Shown: positions 6,712 to 17,381, counted from the stretch's first letter. The stretch is DNA of 37,360 bases from an uncultured virus (IMG/VR IMGVR_UViG_3300047539_000004) (IMGVR_UViG_3300047539_000004); one strand, 5' to 3'. Notes: generated by a model not told the origin, from the sequence alone. Translations and numbers: made by a program.

Positions 6712-8832
6712 TTATTCTGGTGTTGGTTCTTCTTCCCCGCCCTCTAATCCACCCGGATTAGGAGTACCCTCTTCAGCCTCTGACTTGACGCTGTTAAGAG
6801 TCGTGCCCACAATTATGTCTTTCTGAATTCTCTGTTGAGCCGCTTCGTTCTGTAATTGCGACTTCTGTTGAGCGTTCTGTTGGCTCAATGCCGATGATGT
6901 TGCTGCTTTGGTCTGTTGCTGTGCAGCTTGAGACTTGGCTTGCTGTGCAGCTATCATCTTAGGCGTAAGTGGCTTCACAATGTCATTGAAGTTCTTCCAC
7001 TCTGAAGCTTCCATCCACATCTTGAGAATTTCTTTGAAGTCAATGTACTCTTCATTAATCTCTGCAAGATTCTGTTGAATTGTCGGGTTCTCAAAAATCT
7101 GAGTAATCAAAGTCATTGACTGACTCATAGTTCTCTTAGCAGCTAGACTTGCTCCTGCAAGAACCTCATACTCGATCTGCGCGTCATGGAACGACTGCAT
7201 ATCTACTTCAAAATCCTTGCCCTTCTCTTCACCGAGTATTGCGAAAATCTCAGCATCAGAGAAATAAGTAAACACCAGCATATCCAAAATGTATAGCCAA
7301 GGCTTAAATACTTGCTCAATAAAGTTGTCAAGTGGTCCATCTAAACGTGTCGCACTTGCTTGTCCTAGTTGTGCCGCTCCTCCTGCTGTACGTCCCATTG
7401 AAGAACGTGGACCCGCTGAAGAACCTTGTACCAATTGCTGATCGGCTCCTGAACTACTTTCGGTAGCTTTTTCAGATTCCGATAAGGCAGACCATATATC
7501 TTGTGGAACCTTTGGGGTTTCCAGCAAGCCGTATGCTTCCTTAACGGCTGTGTCTACTGTAAGAATCTTGCCAATATTCGTTCTGATCATCTGGGTAGGA
7601 GTATTTGAATCTCTCTTACGCAGATAGATTGGGTTAACACCAAATGACAAGATTTTCAAGATAGCGTTAATCGTGCCTTGGTCTACTCTTTGGTTCTGCC
7701 CTACAATAAGTCCTAGACCCATTCCATAGAATGCCTTCGGTCTATTCCACCAATTAGCAGACAGGAACGGTAGGACGTTAAATGGGTTCTTCTGTGAGCA
7801 TAGTTTACGCTTTCTGTCAATAACCAGAATCTTTCTGCGCTTGTCCCAATACTCTAAGACTTCTAACTTCCTCAGTAACAAATCTGGAGAACTCTGGACA
7901 CTCATATCTTCGGCGTGATGTACAACACCTTTGACATAAGCGGCTTGGTCAGTAATCGACTGTTGCGGCATCCCCGCGTCTGTAGGCGCAATGAACCAAC
8001 TCTTTAGTTCTGTCTCGCTTGGTAACGTCCATCCTTCTTTATCAGGGTGTTTGTCGGGGAGGGCTTCAATGCCTTTGATAAGGTCTTGGAGTCCGTAAAA
8101 GTCCATGTAACGCATATCAATTGCGAAGTCGGCTCTACGAATATCGCCAACACTGCAATGCGGGTCTACAAGAACCTTAGAGATTTCTCTGCTCTCGATA
8201 AACGGTCTTGGAACATACTTACGAGTTACGGTAATATCTGGGGGCGAATCATTAGGAATCGTAGTGGTGCTTTGCATTCCCGGTATGTTACCGGACTTAA
8301 TCGAGTCCACAGTCGCTGTACGCTTACGTGTAATTACCTCTTTATAAGTAATCCCCCACTTCCAAATACCAGTCCCAAGATGGGCCATTTGTTCCAATCC
8401 CCACTTTGTCTCAGTTTTAAATGAGCATTCATCAAGTAAGTATGAAAACATAGCTGATTTAGCATCTACAACATTTTGTGAAGTCCCAGGATGAGGACGT
8501 AGAACAAACGGTGGATCGGTGTAGAACAGGCCCTTATATAAGGAGGGTACAATTGCATTTACTACTTTGGCGACAGTGAATCTCTGAACATTTGGTTCAA
8601 GAATATAGGTATTCTCAAACACCGACATTGGGCGTGGACTTTGGAAAAGTAAGTCTGAATCTCTCCACAAAAGCGCATATTGTTTGTTCTGAATAAAGGC
8701 TTCAGCAGTACTAGCTGAACCTACTACTAATGCAACTTCGGCATCGGAGTTCTTTAGCGTTCCATCAGTTTTGTAATCGGCACCTGTTAGTTCTCTGGTT
8801 GGATTTGCGCTCTCATTTTCTATTAATGCCAT
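6712..8832 (-). CDS. Portal protein
   Basis: 706 aa directly downstream of terminase; GTGIWKW, FYGMGLG, RTAGGA motifs and Gln-rich C-terminal coiled coil as in P22/N4-like portals. Confidence 0.85.
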   Translation of the reverse strand: MALIENESANPTRELTGADYKTDGTLKNSDAEVALVVGSASTAEAFIQNKQYALLWRDSDLLFQSPRPMSVFENTYILEPNVQRFTVAKVVNAIVPSLYKGLFYTDPPFVLRPHPGTSQNVVDAKSAMFSYLLDECSFKTETKWGLEQMAHLGTGIWKWGITYKEVITRKRTATVDSIKSGNIPGMQSTTTIPNDSPPDITVTRKYVPRPFIESREISKVLVDPHCSVGDIRRADFAIDMRYMDFYGLQDLIKGIEALPDKHPDKEGWTLPSETELKSWFIAPTDAGMPQQSITDQAAYVKGVVHHAEDMSVQSSPDLLLRKLEVLEYWDKRRKILVIDRKRKLCSQKNPFNVLPFLSANWWNRPKAFYGMGLGLIVGQNQRVDQGTINAILKILSFGVNPIYLRKRDSNTPTQMIRTNIGKILTVDTAVKEAYGLLETPKVPQDIWSALSESEKATESSSGADQQLVQGSSAGPRSSMGRTAGGAAQLGQASATRLDGPLDNFIEQVFKPWLYILDMLVFTYFSDAEIFAILGEEKGKDFEVDMQSFHDAQIEYEVLAGASLAAKRTMSQSMTLITQIFENPTIQQNLAEINEEYIDFKEILKMWMEASEWKNFNDIVKPLTPKMIAAQQAKSQAAQQQTKAATSSALSQQNAQQKSQLQNEAAQQRIQKDIIVGTTLNSVKSEAEEGTPNPGGLEGGEEEPTPE

Positions 8833-9024
8833 TACTGCTCCTTGCCGGTCTTTTTGATATGCCTGAATAATTCGTGTAACTCAACCATCTCACAATAAAG
8901 ATGTAGAACATAGATGGCAAATGGTGAGTCCGAAACTTTCTCTCCCGGAAACTCGTACTGAAATCTTCTGAGGACACTCTCTCGAATGTCCTCATATCTC
9001 CGTAGGGCCATCGTACCTCCCAGA

Positions 9025-9135
9025 TTACTTCTTGGGTTTCTTTCCGTCTTTCTTGCTCAACTTGTCGATCATCTTCTTGTCAGCTTTCTTATCTTCCTTC
9101 TTGAAAGCCTTAACCAAATTGTCTTTCTTAGCCAT
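9025..9135 (-). CDS. Small Lys-rich peptide (36 aa)
   Basis: MAKKDNLVKAFKKEDKKADKKMIDKLSKKDGKKPKK* after AGGAG. Confidence 0.55.
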   Translation of the reverse strand: MAKKDNLVKAFKKEDKKADKKMIDKLSKKDGKKPKK

Positions 9136-9143
9136 TAGTTCTC

Positions 9144-11189
9144 CTAGTTGTAAAGATCAGAAAGGGGGTCTGAATACTGACTCTCTGCCTGTGATACGGG
9201 ACTGTTCTCCCTTTGAAATGTTGTTGCTGGACTTTCATCAATCGGTCCTAACTCATTGAACTTGGAATATCTACCAAGGCAATAAATCATGTCATGCATC
9301 TGCTGAGACTTTTGATTGCTCACATAGTCTTGATTGACAGAGTTAACGCGGTTGTCCATGTCTGCATAAGCGCCGAATTGGTCTACAAGAAGTGAGATAG
9401 CCGACACAATATCATCATGTGCATCATCACTTGTCCCTGTAAACTTCTCCATCTCGTTGTAGAGTTCTTCTAATCCTTCGCAGGAATTTAGAAAATACAA
9501 CCGTTCGTCGCCAAGTAGTCTAAGTACTGGTTTAGCCTTGAGTTGCTTAGACCGCAGCTTACTGCCAAAACCAAGGGTACAGTATTCAACGGGTATAGAG
9601 ATTCTAAGCTGGTCCATTTCCCGTCTGAGTTCTCGTCCCATCCACTTAACACCAATTGAGTCCTCAATGGCAATTCGCTTTGGTTGCCACTTATAGCCAA
9701 CGTTTGCGATGATCTTGGGAAGGTCATATTCGTTATATCTTCCTCTGGTCATGTTGATAATGTAAAACCTACCGCCGAAAATCAATGCAGTAAGAATGAC
9801 TGTGTAATCTGCCCATGACTTGACACTGTACGCTGTGTCAACTGCCGTTACTACAATACCGCTAGGAGGAAACTGGCTGTGAGGAATTGTTCTTCTTATC
9901 AGCAGTTCTCTGGGGAACTTAATCTTGTTTATCTTTCTAGGGTTGTTGAGATACTTAATAGCAAAGTAGCCAGTATCACCTTCGGTGTCGTCTAAGTCGG
10001 AATCGGCCTTCTGTTCTTTTAACAGATACTCGTAGTTGAGTCTTTCCGGGAACCATAGAATCCAGTCCCCTTTCTTCATTTCCTCTTCGATCTTGCCGAC
10101 TAACTTAGCTTCTGGGGTTGGCCACCAACACGCTCTCAAAAATAACTTGAAGTAAACTCCGCTGTTGAATTGCCCACTATCCACACTGCCTTTGATGCTC
10201 TCAAGCATTCCTTCGGTCACTGCGAACTTCTCTTCCTTCTTGATAACAGTTCCATAGTAATCATTTTCGTCATACCATGTACCGATTACGTCAAAGAAAC
10301 CGTAAGGATGCATCATAGCTTTGTTAATACTGATCTGCTTGTTAATATCCTTGATTCGAGTTGCTGTCTTGCTGTTCTCGTTTGTAACCACATCGTCAAG
10401 CTTTAGTACGCCAAAGTGCATACCTGATAACGCTTGTTCAATAGACGCCACACGAAGTGTTGGTTCTTTGTCGTCTCCACCAGCGGGTGTCTGAAATTCA
10501 GATTGAATTCCGTTATCCGGGGGAACGCAGTGTTCCGGGAAAAGAACTTGAAAAAGACTATCTGACCATTCTCCGTTAGATTTGTCCATTAACTGGCGAT
10601 GTTTGTAAAGAACCTTCTTTCCGTCCGATATATTGCTCTCTTCCTTCGTGAAGTGCTGTTTTACTTCACTGATAAAATCGTTTGACAACCTGAGAGAACC
10701 TGTTAGAATCAAAATGGTCACTGCCGGGAAACACAAAATCCACTGTACGCAGTCTGCCATGTCGATTGAAGACTTGAAGCCGCCTCTAGGAACGAGTAAC
10801 AATCTGTCTTTCAAGTCTGTATACTGGTTAGCGAACTGTTCGAACGTAATGAAAGTTGGGTCTTTTCTGACAAAGAAACTGTTACAAATCTCTTCGTGTG
10901 AAAATACGGTTGTCTGGTTATACTTCTCTAGCAAGTGGCACAGGAAATACAAATTAGTTTGCGCTGCAAACCTGTATAGAAGCAACTTCTTGGTGTCTTC
11001 CGGTTCTGGTTTAACTTTTCCTAGTTTCTCGGCCCACGTCTTGTAGACCAAATCCTTTTGTGTCTGGGGGAGTCGGGCAAAGCTTAATGCTGCCCTCTTA
11101 AGAAGTTCCTCTTCAGATAAATCCCTGTGCTGATAATTTGGTAAAGCCTGACAGTAATTGTAGAGTTCGTCTAGTTTTTCTAACTGCAT
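9144..11189 (-). CDS. terL: Terminase large subunit
   Basis: VPRGGFKSS P-loop, LKLDDVV Walker B, AVDTAYS and AHDDIVSAIS nuclease motifs. Confidence 0.9.
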   Translation of the reverse strand: MQLEKLDELYNYCQALPNYQHRDLSEEELLKRAALSFARLPQTQKDLVYKTWAEKLGKVKPEPEDTKKLLLYRFAAQTNLYFLCHLLEKYNQTTVFSHEEICNSFFVRKDPTFITFEQFANQYTDLKDRLLLVPRGGFKSSIDMADCVQWILCFPAVTILILTGSLRLSNDFISEVKQHFTKEESNISDGKKVLYKHRQLMDKSNGEWSDSLFQVLFPEHCVPPDNGIQSEFQTPAGGDDKEPTLRVASIEQALSGMHFGVLKLDDVVTNENSKTATRIKDINKQISINKAMMHPYGFFDVIGTWYDENDYYGTVIKKEEKFAVTEGMLESIKGSVDSGQFNSGVYFKLFLRACWWPTPEAKLVGKIEEEMKKGDWILWFPERLNYEYLLKEQKADSDLDDTEGDTGYFAIKYLNNPRKINKIKFPRELLIRRTIPHSQFPPSGIVVTAVDTAYSVKSWADYTVILTALIFGGRFYIINMTRGRYNEYDLPKIIANVGYKWQPKRIAIEDSIGVKWMGRELRREMDQLRISIPVEYCTLGFGSKLRSKQLKAKPVLRLLGDERLYFLNSCEGLEELYNEMEKFTGTSDDAHDDIVSAISLLVDQFGAYADMDNRVNSVNQDYVSNQKSQQMHDMIYCLGRYSKFNELGPIDESPATTFQRENSPVSQAESQYSDPLSDLYN

Positions 11190-11216
11190 ATCCTCTCCGA
11201 TTCGCTAATTAGCTAA

Positions 11217-11939
11217 TTAGGGGATATGTGGACCAACTAAATACGCTCCAACACTAATTGCGGTTCCGGTATATCCCTCTACTTTTTGCCAGAATGTCTT
11301 TGGTGTGATGATCAGTTTTGTATAGTAATCTGCTACCTTCTTACCGTCTGCTGAGATTGCATCGCTGTTCGCCGCAATGTCTGAACTCGATTTCATTAGA
11401 GAGGCAAAATCTCGTGTAGCACCCTGTACGGCATCCGACTTAATCTCAGCCCTAATATCCTCTATTCCACCGTTTGCATTGGTAAGAATTGGTCCTAGAC
11501 CTGTGTTGGCTGTGATGATTAACTGGTTTCCAGAATTGATGGCCGTTGTTGCTGCGTCTGCTGTTGTGTTTATGTGCTTTGTGGTATCGTTTACGCTGTT
11601 TACAGCTACAGTAATCAGCTTGTCGGTCTGTGCTACCTGTCTTTGTGTTGTAACCGTTATGTCGCTGATCTTAGTAACTGTCTTGTCTATGCTGCAAAGT
11701 GTTCCGTTAGCTAACAACAGACCGTTTGCGTCTTTAGTGTTACATGGGCGGTTTACAATGGCCAGTGTCGTGTTGAGACTGGCCACTGTTGTTGAAAGAT
11801 TCTTTACAACAAGTGCTGTACCTGTCGATGTGTCACTAAGAGACTGTCCCGCTTTTCCCCATTGGAATAATGCCCAACCGAGAGTAATCAGGACCGGAAT
11901 AAGTAGAATGCCTACTGTATTGAGAATCCACTTATTCAT
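11217..11939 (-). CDS. Membrane-anchored coiled-coil protein
   Basis: N-terminal transmembrane helix and long Thr/Ala/Ser helical region; a lysis role is possible but not shown. Confidence 0.65.
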   Translation of the reverse strand: MNKWILNTVGILLIPVLITLGWALFQWGKAGQSLSDTSTGTALVVKNLSTTVASLNTTLAIVNRPCNTKDANGLLLANGTLCSIDKTVTKISDITVTTQRQVAQTDKLITVAVNSVNDTTKHINTTADAATTAINSGNQLIITANTGLGPILTNANGGIEDIRAEIKSDAVQGATRDFASLMKSSSDIAANSDAISADGKKVADYYTKLIITPKTFWQKVEGYTGTAISVGAYLVGPHIP

Positions 11940-11959
11940 TTCGCCTCCTCTTAGGCTGT

Positions 11960-12397
11960 TTAGACTACTGGTGCAACGACGGCTGCTACAACAGGGAATG
12001 CTGCAACAAGTGAACCCAATTCAGTAACTACCTTGCCCACTGTTGCTTTGCTAGTTGCGCTTACAACGTTAGTTGCTGTCAGAAGTGCTGATAGGTTGGT
12101 CTGAACCGAGCCGATAACACTTGCCACACTAGGTGTTGCGCCAAAGTCATTGATTAGGCCGCTGGCTGCAATAAGATCACTCTGTGCTGTAGTTAGAGCC
12201 TTTCCAACTAATGCACCCGCTGCTGTACCTGCTTCTGCTGTCACAACGGTCTGTAGTGCTGGACCGGCGTATGTTAGAACCGTATCCGCAATCTTTTCGA
12301 TTGTTGGCGCTTCTTGGTTGAGTTTCGCTAGTTCCTTCTCTGCCCATGCTGCGAAGGTGTGTTCCTCTGTGATAAGCCATGTAAATACGTTTGCCAT
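11960..12397 (-). CDS. Ala/Thr-rich hypothetical protein
   Basis: Likely start MANVFTWL at 12397 after AAGGA. Confidence 0.65.
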   Translation of the reverse strand: MANVFTWLITEEHTFAAWAEKELAKLNQEAPTIEKIADTVLTYAGPALQTVVTAEAGTAAGALVGKALTTAQSDLIAASGLINDFGATPSVASVIGSVQTNLSALLTATNVVSATSKATVGKVVTELGSLVAAFPVVAAVVAPVV

Positions 12398-12428
12398 TTT
12401 TATCCTTGTCTCCTCTTGTTCTTGTGTC

Positions 12429-12776
12429 TTACTTGGTGGTGCTAATTGTGGTGCTAACTGGTATGTCGTCAACTTCACTGGTTGAGTTAACGGGTGCTGC
12501 TTGAAAGGTGCTGGTGATTTGAGAATTTCCCCTTACAATCATGTTATCGACTACGATAGGTTCGACAGGGTGACCCTGCTTCAGAGTTATAAACCCAATC
12601 GCCCAGTCGAATAGGAACTTATAGGCAAGTCCCCATGACAGTCTGTCAAAACTTCCCGGTTTCGGCCATGCGGCAAAAAAAGCATTCGCAAATATTCCTC
12701 CCAGAATTGTGTTTGTTACCGCAGGATTCGATAGCGCGGCCCATACCGACGCTACTAGAGTTCCTGTGACTATCAT
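12429..12776 (-). CDS. Small membrane protein (holin-like)
   Basis: Two to three hydrophobic segments; GAGGA RBS. Confidence 0.5.
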   Translation of the reverse strand: MIVTGTLVASVWAALSNPAVTNTILGGIFANAFFAAWPKPGSFDRLSWGLAYKFLFDWAIGFITLKQGHPVEPIVVDNMIVRGNSQITSTFQAAPVNSTSEVDDIPVSTTISTTK

Positions 12777-12777
12777 A

Positions 12778-13572
12778 TTATTCCTCGGTTATTTTGAATC
12801 TAGCTGATTTTCTTCCACTCCAGTTTACAGCTTTGTCTGAATCGTTGCTCTCTAAGTGATACCCTATAATTTCAGGAATCGAATGTCTTTCCGCCCTTGT
12901 CCATTGTGTTGCAAACAATATGTCGCTTCTAGCTGCTGTAGTATGTTCTGTAGGATAGTCTTTAACTCCTGATACCGCTGGATTCCATAACTGAAAAAAT
13001 CCTAGTGGAACATAACCACCATAAGCACACACGCGCGTTCCTATCGGAAAAGCGTCTGTATGTACCCATGTGTAATCTTCGTGCTGAAGATGTAGAATCT
13101 CTTTTTCTCTAAACTCGTGCCATGCTTGCTGGCCTTTCACAATGAAACGATCACAACCATATAAGAAGTGTTTGTCTAGTTTTGCCTCTTCAAGTAGCCG
13201 TCTAGTCTGTGGGGGAAGCCACATATCGGCGTCTAGATGTAAAAACCATTCATTCTCTTTGGCGTGTTTAATGCCAAGTGCTTCTAATCCTTCTTGGATT
13301 CCTGCACCTTTGCAGAACTGGCCTTTGCGTGTATTCAGGGCATCTGTTGGAATAGCTTTCACATGATAAAACTCGCAGACCCGTTTGGTCGCTTTGTCTT
13401 CATGGTCTGTAACTACAACTATCTCGTTGAATAGAAACTTGTTCTCCGGGAGCGTGTACCTAAGAAAATCATCATATTGGCTGCACACCACAACCGCTTT
13501 CAAGCAGAACGGTTCTTCCGGTTTAGGAACTGGTACAGGACACGGCTCTTTGTATCCCTCAACATTCGCCAT
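12778..13572 (-). CDS. GT-A fold glycosyltransferase
   Basis: VVVTD, KGAGIQEGL, WFLHLDAD (DxD), GFFQLW. Confidence 0.78.
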   Translation of the reverse strand: MANVEGYKEPCPVPVPKPEEPFCLKAVVVCSQYDDFLRYTLPENKFLFNEIVVVTDHEDKATKRVCEFYHVKAIPTDALNTRKGQFCKGAGIQEGLEALGIKHAKENEWFLHLDADMWLPPQTRRLLEEAKLDKHFLYGCDRFIVKGQQAWHEFREKEILHLQHEDYTWVHTDAFPIGTRVCAYGGYVPLGFFQLWNPAVSGVKDYPTEHTTAARSDILFATQWTRAERHSIPEIIGYHLESNDSDKAVNWSGRKSARFKITEE

Positions 13573-13581
13573 TTGGTCCTC

Positions 13582-13941
13582 CTAAAACCTATATTTATGC
13601 GACTTCTCTTGTACGTACTGCTGGTTAGCGTTTACAAACACAACATCATACAACTTGTCAACCGCTTCTTCAAACGTTTTGCCCCATTGTTCAACTTTAA
13701 CTGAGTCGAGTGATGTGTAAGCAAGAACGTTTACTTGTAAATTGTCAGTACCATATGCCGTTGCGTGAACGGTAACAATGCCGTCAACTTGTTTTACAAT
13801 CCTCTTAAGTTTTTCTTCCGATGTAAGCTGTTCCGGTCTATATTCAAGAATGCCCATTGACACGTTAGTTCCGGGAAAGTACCTTGCCGTGTCGGGTTCT
13901 GGCGCAGACCTGTTTAAAAAGTGTCCCCTGCTCATGCTCAT
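13582..13941 (-). CDS. Hypothetical protein
   Basis: AGGAGGAGG RBS; within the operon. Confidence 0.65.
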   Translation of the reverse strand: MSMSRGHFLNRSAPEPDTARYFPGTNVSMGILEYRPEQLTSEEKLKRIVKQVDGIVTVHATAYGTDNLQVNVLAYTSLDSVKVEQWGKTFEEAVDKLYDVVFVNANQQYVQEKSHKYRF

Positions 13942-13959
13942 TTTCCTCCTCCTGACTAA

Positions 13960-14172
13960 TTACTTCTTGTGAAAACCCTCAAGTACAGATGCAAAGTTTG
14001 CCATATGCTTGACATGCTCGTTTGAACTGTTCTTGGCCTTCTCTAATTTGGCTGCTGGAATAGGTTCTCCAAGCGGCACATGTAGAGCTTCGTGAAGCCC
14101 TCCCTTCTGGAGATGGCCCAATGCGCGATGAAGTGACACCGGATAACCCTTTTCTGTCTTGGCTTCTGCCAT
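13960..14172 (-). CDS. Small basic phage protein
   Basis: KGGLHEALHVPLGEPIPAAKLEKA motif; 1-nt overlap with the upstream gene. Confidence 0.7.
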   Translation of the reverse strand: MAEAKTEKGYPVSLHRALGHLQKGGLHEALHVPLGEPIPAAKLEKAKNSSNEHVKHMANFASVLEGFHKK

Positions 14173-14537
14173 TACGCCCCCATTGGCGGTCCACCGGCTG
14201 ATGCTCCGGGTACTGGTGCTGCTCCACCGGCTGCTGGTGCGCCCCCACCGGCCATAGCCGCTGCCGCTGCGTTCGGGTCTGCGCTTGGGTCTGGTGCTGC
14301 TTCACCGGGGTTTGGTTGCCCCATATTGGCCATTACGTGCTGCGCTAGTTGATCGTCACCCTTAGTTGTGTGAGTTTCATCAGGATGATGTTCGGGATGG
14401 GTATGCTCGTGGCGAATTATATGCCCACCATTTGCCGATTTCGTGATGTGAAGCGATTTCACTTCTTTCTTGGGTGCTTTTTCTTTCTTTCCACCAAGTG
14501 CTTCACTTACTGCGTCTTTCATATCGCTCTTTGCCAT
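14172..14537 (-). CDS. His-rich, low-complexity hypothetical protein
   Basis: GGAGA RBS; HEHTHPEHH segment; Ala/Gly/Pro tail. Confidence 0.7.
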   Translation of the reverse strand: MAKSDMKDAVSEALGGKKEKAPKKEVKSLHITKSANGGHIIRHEHTHPEHHPDETHTTKGDDQLAQHVMANMGQPNPGEAAPDPSADPNAAAAAMAGGGAPAAGGAAPVPGASAGGPPMGA

Positions 14538-15031
14538 TATGTCTCCAAGTTATCTAACTCTGACCAATGCTCTCGCATTACCTGTCTTACTCCCATACCG
14601 GGGTCATACATTGGGTCTAAACCTCTGTAAACCTTTTCAGACATATGGAAATTATGTGGCATATCTCCAATACTTCTCAAAAAGGCTAATCCTGTAGATG
14701 GGCCTCTACTATGCCCTGCATTACATGCTACCAATACTCTATCTCCAGCATTCAACCTTTCTTTGATGAAATCTAGAGCTACTTTAAAACAATCAAATGG
14801 AATCATATTAGGGTCGTCTAAATCCAGTACGTTAACGGCCAATAGATTGCCTTTTCTAACTGACAAGTAATCTTTACCTTTTGGCGCACCGGGTGTCGTA
14901 TAGCCTAGTGTTTGTTGGTGCCCACCGGGACCGTACTTACACATTCTGGCGAATGACCAACCTTCCCTGTCTTTCATTTTCTCGTAGTCAGTGTCCCCCC
15001 CGACCCATAACTTCGGAAATATACAATGCAT
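14537..15031 (-). CDS. Dual-specificity phosphatase-like protein
   Basis: VLVACNAGHSRG (CX5R) and LWVGG; start moved to ATG 15031 because the longer track ORF overlaps a tRNA. Confidence 0.82.
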   Translation of the reverse strand: MHCIFPKLWVGGDTDYEKMKDREGWSFARMCKYGPGGHQQTLGYTTPGAPKGKDYLSVRKGNLLAVNVLDLDDPNMIPFDCFKVALDFIKERLNAGDRVLVACNAGHSRGPSTGLAFLRSIGDMPHNFHMSEKVYRGLDPMYDPGMGVRQVMREHWSELDNLET

Positions 15032-15034
15032 AAT

Positions 15035-15109
<75 letters not shown>

Positions 15110-15110
15110 A

Positions 15111-15338
15111 CTAAGTCCCTTCGATAATCAATGCTTTCGGTGGAACTGGTTGCATCTTGGCTTGTGCGTCTTTTGCTTGCCTCTGGCACATTGCTATAAA
15201 GTTTCTTAGAACAATATTGGCAAAATCCGCTGCGAACTGGGATGCTGCTGGCGGTAAAACCACGGCTAGACCGTTTTGAGTCCACACGGTTTGGAATTTC
15301 TGCGCTTCAGCTACGTCTACCTTGAAAACTGCGTTCAT
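15111..15338 (-). CDS. Hypothetical protein
   Basis: ATGA overlap with the upstream gene. Confidence 0.6.
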   Translation of the reverse strand: MNAVFKVDVAEAQKFQTVWTQNGLAVVLPPAASQFAADFANIVLRNFIAMCQRQAKDAQAKMQPVPPKALIIEGT

Positions 15339-15892
15339 GCCCCTTCCCCTCCCTGAGACGACATAATTTGTTCGAACACGGATTGCATAGCGGTGTTGGT
15401 TTCTTCCTGAGATGTTTTAACTATTTCGTCCGGGAAGTCTATCTTGTCCTTTCTCTTCTTAAACTTTCTGTCAAGGCTAGATAACTCTTTCTTCCATGCA
15501 CGAACATAAACCGGATGTATCAATGACTCAGGCTCTGCTGCCTTCTTAATCTTGTTTCTAAGATACAACCTTCTAATCTTTAACTTATCACGTTCCTTAT
15601 CTCTAAAGAACTGTTCATACAATTCGTATTTTACTAACTTTAATTTAGCTTCATTGATCGTCGGCGCACTTAGCTTGTGCAGTAAACCCTCTGGAACGAG
15701 AATCCCGTAGCAAGCGGCTATGATTCTCCCCGCTTCTAGTACCTCTAACCTAGTAGCTTTAGGATTGTTTAATACTCTGTTTCTAATTTGATCGGTGAGT
15801 TCTGCAATTCTTACTTGCCAACTAAAACCATCTTCAATGATCTGTGGTTCGGTTGAAACATACGGTTCTAATGAAACTTCTGGTTCTTCCAT
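15335..15892 (-). CDS. Hypothetical protein
   Basis: GGAGGA RBS; basic helical protein of 185 aa. Confidence 0.7.
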   Translation of the reverse strand: MEEPEVSLEPYVSTEPQIIEDGFSWQVRIAELTDQIRNRVLNNPKATRLEVLEAGRIIAACYGILVPEGLLHKLSAPTINEAKLKLVKYELYEQFFRDKERDKLKIRRLYLRNKIKKAAEPESLIHPVYVRAWKKELSSLDRKFKKRKDKIDFPDEIVKTSQEETNTAMQSVFEQIMSSQGGEGA

Positions 15893-15937
15893 CGTTCCTC
15901 CCAGAAGATGTTAGAATAAACCTTATAGCAACAAGGT

Positions 15938-16366
15938 TTAGATATATATTTTCTCACAAGGAAGTGCGGAAGTTGGTGTCCAAAATCTACATCTTGTATG
16001 TTTTATCTTGTTGCCCCAAACCGAGACAATGCCACAAAGCAATTCAGCCTCTGTGATTGCGCTCTTGTAGTCTTGTTCGCTCATTACGGCGTCTGTGTTC
16101 GGGTGAGTATGAATAGTTCCTACAATACGTTTATTAAGAAGTTGCGCCTTTTCTTTTAGTGCGTCGATTTCTGATCTTTTCCATGCAACTTCATTAGTCG
16201 TTTGAATCTCATACTCATTTGGCCACATAATGTCGGTAATTTCAATCTCATTAATTGACTTAATGTTCCCCAGAAGGTAGCATTGAATTTCCAATGGATA
16301 CTCTTGTCTAGCATGTTTCCTGAAGTAATCTAAAGCACTTTTTTTAACCCTCACCTTAGAAAACAT
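15938..16366 (-). CDS. JAB/MPN (JAMM) metalloprotease
   Basis: YPLE plus HTHPNTDAVMSEQD (HxH-x7-S-x2-D). Confidence 0.85.
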   Translation of the reverse strand: MFSKVRVKKSALDYFRKHARQEYPLEIQCYLLGNIKSINEIEITDIMWPNEYEIQTTNEVAWKRSEIDALKEKAQLLNKRIVGTIHTHPNTDAVMSEQDYKSAITEAELLCGIVSVWGNKIKHTRCRFWTPTSALPCEKIYI

Positions 16367-16471
16367 GGCTCTCCGGGTTGTCCCTTGAAAGAGGGGAACT
16401 CAATCCCCTCCTGAATAGCCCTCTTCAGGGCTTAGTAGCGCGGTTAGGTATAAAAATACGGCTACTCTAAT

Positions 16472-17272
16472 TTAAGGCTTTTCAACACTGTCCTCCGTAA
16501 AGTCGAGTTTGATTCGTTTTTTGACGTTAGCCCAGAATGTAGGAGCAGGAATATGCTCAGTAGGCTCAATTCCGAGTTTTTGCATCTTCACAAAGAGAGG
16601 TTCCAACTCTTCAAGGCTTACGCCTTTGATAATCGTGTAGCCGATCTCATCTTCTGCCCACTTTCCCCGCGCCCATCGGTCAGGACGGGTGCAATAGACC
16701 ACGTACCAGTGCTGTCGGCCCGCTTTAAGGCATCCAGCGCAGTTTCCGTGTTTGAATCGCTCATAAGTGTTTGGGCGAAGAATACCAATTTCCTCCGTAG
16801 CCCAGATGGTTCGATCTCTCCAGAGGGCCAAAGGGAAGTCCGTCTTGAACCCCTTAGAGGCAAGGTGACTGCTTCGCCGCTGGATACGACTAAGCTCATT
16901 GGCATCAAAGCCGTAGCAGATCACATCATCTGGCCTGCCATTATCCTCAAGCCAATTCTCGAACGGCTGAGTTTTCATGCGATTGGTACAGAGAGCGGTT
17001 CCGTTTCCAACCTTGAAAGCCCCGGCCTCAACTACAACATCAAACTGGTCTTTGGTCTCCCAGTTTGGGGCGTTGCAGTAAGTGATTTCCATGCCCAAGT
17101 AATCGGCAACTTCCTTCTTAAATCGCTTGATGTCCTGTCCTTCGGAAGCGGGAGCAATGTCATGGTTGAGGAGAATAACGCGGTCTTTGCCGTACCGTCT
17201 CACTGTTTCGATGGCAACCAGCGCAGACGAATGGCCGCCAGAATAGCAGTCGATGTATCTAGGATTTTGCAA
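16472..17272 (-). CDS. PAPS-reductase-like (PP-loop) protein
   Basis: CYSGGHSS, ALCTNRMK, FKHGNCAGCLKAG; likely TTG start at 17272 after GAAGGAG; visibly more GC-rich than its flanks. Confidence 0.75.
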   Translation of the reverse strand: MQNPRYIDCYSGGHSSALVAIETVRRYGKDRVILLNHDIAPASEGQDIKRFKKEVADYLGMEITYCNAPNWETKDQFDVVVEAGAFKVGNGTALCTNRMKTQPFENWLEDNGRPDDVICYGFDANELSRIQRRSSHLASKGFKTDFPLALWRDRTIWATEEIGILRPNTYERFKHGNCAGCLKAGRQHWYVVYCTRPDRWARGKWAEDEIGYTIIKGVSLEELEPLFVKMQKLGIEPTEHIPAPTFWANVKKRIKLDFTEDSVEKP

Positions 17273-17381
17273 TTTTCTTCTCCTTCCGCTTCCGCTTTTT
17301 CTGAGCCTTCGTCTTCGGTGCTGGCCGGTAGGCCAGCACCACATCTGTTATCGTGTCTAATACTTGCGGGGTTTCTTTCAT
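17259..17381 (-). CDS. Small basic ORF (40 aa) coupled to the transposase stop
   Basis: MKETPQVLDTITDVVLAYRPAPKTKAQKKRKRKEKKIAKS*; ATGA overlap with the transposase fragment. Confidence 0.55.
   Translation of the reverse strand: MKETPQVLDTITDVVLAYRPAPKTKAQKKRKRKEKKIAKS

Noticed and set aside
8813..8995. 60-aa ORF between terminase and portal
   Set aside because: No recognisable motif and it overlaps the portal start; cannot be supported
11377..12485. Plus-strand ORFs of 216 and 111 aa
   Set aside because: Antisense shadows of RBS-led minus-strand genes
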